A stretch of 64,000 nt of DNA from Nemertoderma westbladi (taxonomy: Eukaryota > Animalia > Xenacoelomorpha). Location of the stretch: NCBI GenBank assembly GCA_032718475.1, contig JAUCBJ010002800.1:62001-126000 (forward strand), given 5' to 3'. Both the position numbers and the translations under genes were made by a program. The notes beneath the pieces are model-generated. The model was not told where the DNA came from. It worked only from the letters and a program-made list of their open reading frames with translations, and searched no databases. Below, piece after piece: positions 62,190 through 64,000 of the stretch. Within the stretch, counting starts at the first letter, position 1, and each line of letters starts with the position of its first letter.

Positions 62190-63999
62190 GTTTAGGATTA
62201 TGATCGGTGTATCCGCCGGTCGAGGTACCTGGTTGATCGATATCAACTTCAGTGGAGCGAGGTCTAACGGCCTTTATGGCGCGTCTTAGGACAGCAGCTC
62301 CTACGGGTCCTTGACGGGTCGTCTGGACAATGGCGGTAGGTGGACCGTGAGTGGTGAGAAACTTCCTCGGTTTAATGGTTCTTTCCAGCTCGCGTTCTCG
62401 GGCTCGATATTCGTAGGGCCGTCGAGATACTTCCTGTAACTCAGGGTGCGAGTTGATAAATAAATCGCCATACTCAGGGTCTTGACGGATGAAATTGATC
62501 AAATGGTATGAAGTAATATCGTTAGGATTGACGTTCCTAAGATATTTTCGAACAAATTTGGTGGAAATACACTCACCAACACGCTTCATTAGTTCGTAAC
62601 TCGGTGTGCGTGTTTTTTGTTCCACAGACGCGAATAAATAAGGATGGAATGCGTAAACTCCCTCGTAAGAGCGTCCAGGGTAGTAGCGATGGCGGGACTC
62701 ACAATGTAAATCCGCGTTCGCTTCCCAAGCTCGGATGTAGCGCAGGGTAATCATCTCATCTACGCTTTCTAAATCGCGGTTAAAGGGGCAATTATGACTG
62801 GCATGTCCTTTAAGTTGACAGTGGTGGCATTGGGTCATAAATTGGGGGCAGACTGCAAAAATATGCGAGTTATTAAGTCTGCAATACGCACAATAGATCT
62901 CCATCATCAGTTGTTCGTGGAAATAGGAGCAGGGTACGTCTGAGTCCATAGGGGTGAAATGGTCTCTCGATGCGCATAATCGACAACGTTTTCGAGAAAC
63001 ATAGTTGGTGTGTCGATAATCGTATGCGGTGAGACATTGTGGACCTTGATACCACTCCAAGACGTAATCGTTATCGCTGCTCCGGGGCGCTGTAGGCTGG
63101 ATCGCTTCAGATTCTAAGCATATTGGTTCGTCTTCCAATTGCATAGCTGAGGTAGGTGCGGCTGTCTCCGCAAGCGGACCCACTGTCTGAACTTCCACGA
63201 CAGAATAACCTGTGGGTATTCGGGGTCTTTGTATAACAGATGAATGTAAGTTCTGTATACAAACGTCCTGAAAGAGAGCAAATCCCGCGTTGTTTAGCTT
63301 CTCCGCAGCTGAGTCTCTTAGGCTGAGTTTGGTCAGAGCGCGGTCCTTGAACTGACTATCAACGTTACGGAACGGAGTCAGAAAGCGCCTGAAACATTCG
63401 AAGCGGATGAATTTATTGTGTTCATCTAACTTGGCGAGTTTGGTTCCAAGTATTAAGGGATGGGCGCGTATGGTACGACTGCACACATCGGCTAGCCAAC
63501 CGGCAAGTGCTGCGTTTTCAAAGATCGTGTATATAGCTAAGGAGGGACGAAGTGGAACACTCATAAAGCTATACACGGCGCCAGGTGCGGTCAATGGTCC
63601 ATCAAAGTATAAACGAGAATAATAATCTCCATATGCTTGTTGGTAATTGATAGGATTTCCAACCTTGAAATTCCATCCGTATTCTTGAAAGGCAAGATGT
63701 CCGATGGAGGTTCGTTGTACTTTAGTAATGCCGCTGGGTGTATTGGCATACATAGTGCGGAAGAAACCTCGGCCTTCTGCCCAGGGAGCAATCAGCTGAG
63801 TATCAACGAAAGGGTATGGAATGTTCTCCATATTCCGAAAGTCGTTTTGTAGGTCTCCATAAACAGCTGAGCCGATTTTAAGGATTCTTTCGTTAAACAA
63901 CATCTCGAGCACGGGCTGGGGTAACATCGATCCATCGATACCCATGGCCGGTTTGCGCTCGTTGTCGGTGACGTAACGCTGCGCGAGTTCGAATTGTCC
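62190..63999 (-). CDS. Divergent homologue of the exonuclease/zinc-knuckle protein; starts beyond the window, C-terminus interrupted by the LTR insertion
   Basis: Frame open to the window edge (GQFELAQ...). LPQPVLEMLFNERILKIGSAVYGD..FVDTQ. Knuckles CRLCASRDH, CAYC..H..CP and CHHCQLKGHASHNC. The ORF-track stop at 62185 is supplied by the LTR. Confidence 0.75.
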
Positions 64000-64000
64000 A

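Overview
Eukaryotic, probably animal, repeat-rich DNA. Bases 1-32270 are a 30-bp satellite of roughly a thousand monomers, with higher-order duplications and one young 5'-truncated LINE inserted at 3711-5236. Right beside the array are two intronless housekeeping genes on the minus strand, TRMT10C-like and C7orf25/DUF1308-like. They are followed by a mosaic of mini- and microsatellites, two copies of an RTE-like LINE, and nested Bel/Pao LTR retrotransposons. The most notable item is a recently inserted Bel/Pao element (51054-62189, near-identical LTRs, 5-bp TSD GTTTA). It has lost protease and RT but keeps an intact integrase. It also carries an extra 849-aa ORF in the env position, encoding a WRN/DnaQ-like 3'-5' exonuclease fused to CCHC zinc knuckles. 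This element sits inside the 3' end of a divergent homologue of that same ORF, whose C-terminus can be rebuilt across the TSD. Separately, an RTE LINE has inserted in frame into a Pao gag zinc knuckle (8-bp TSD), producing a Gag-LINE-RT chimeric frame. All family assignments come from motif recognition by eye; no database searches were run.
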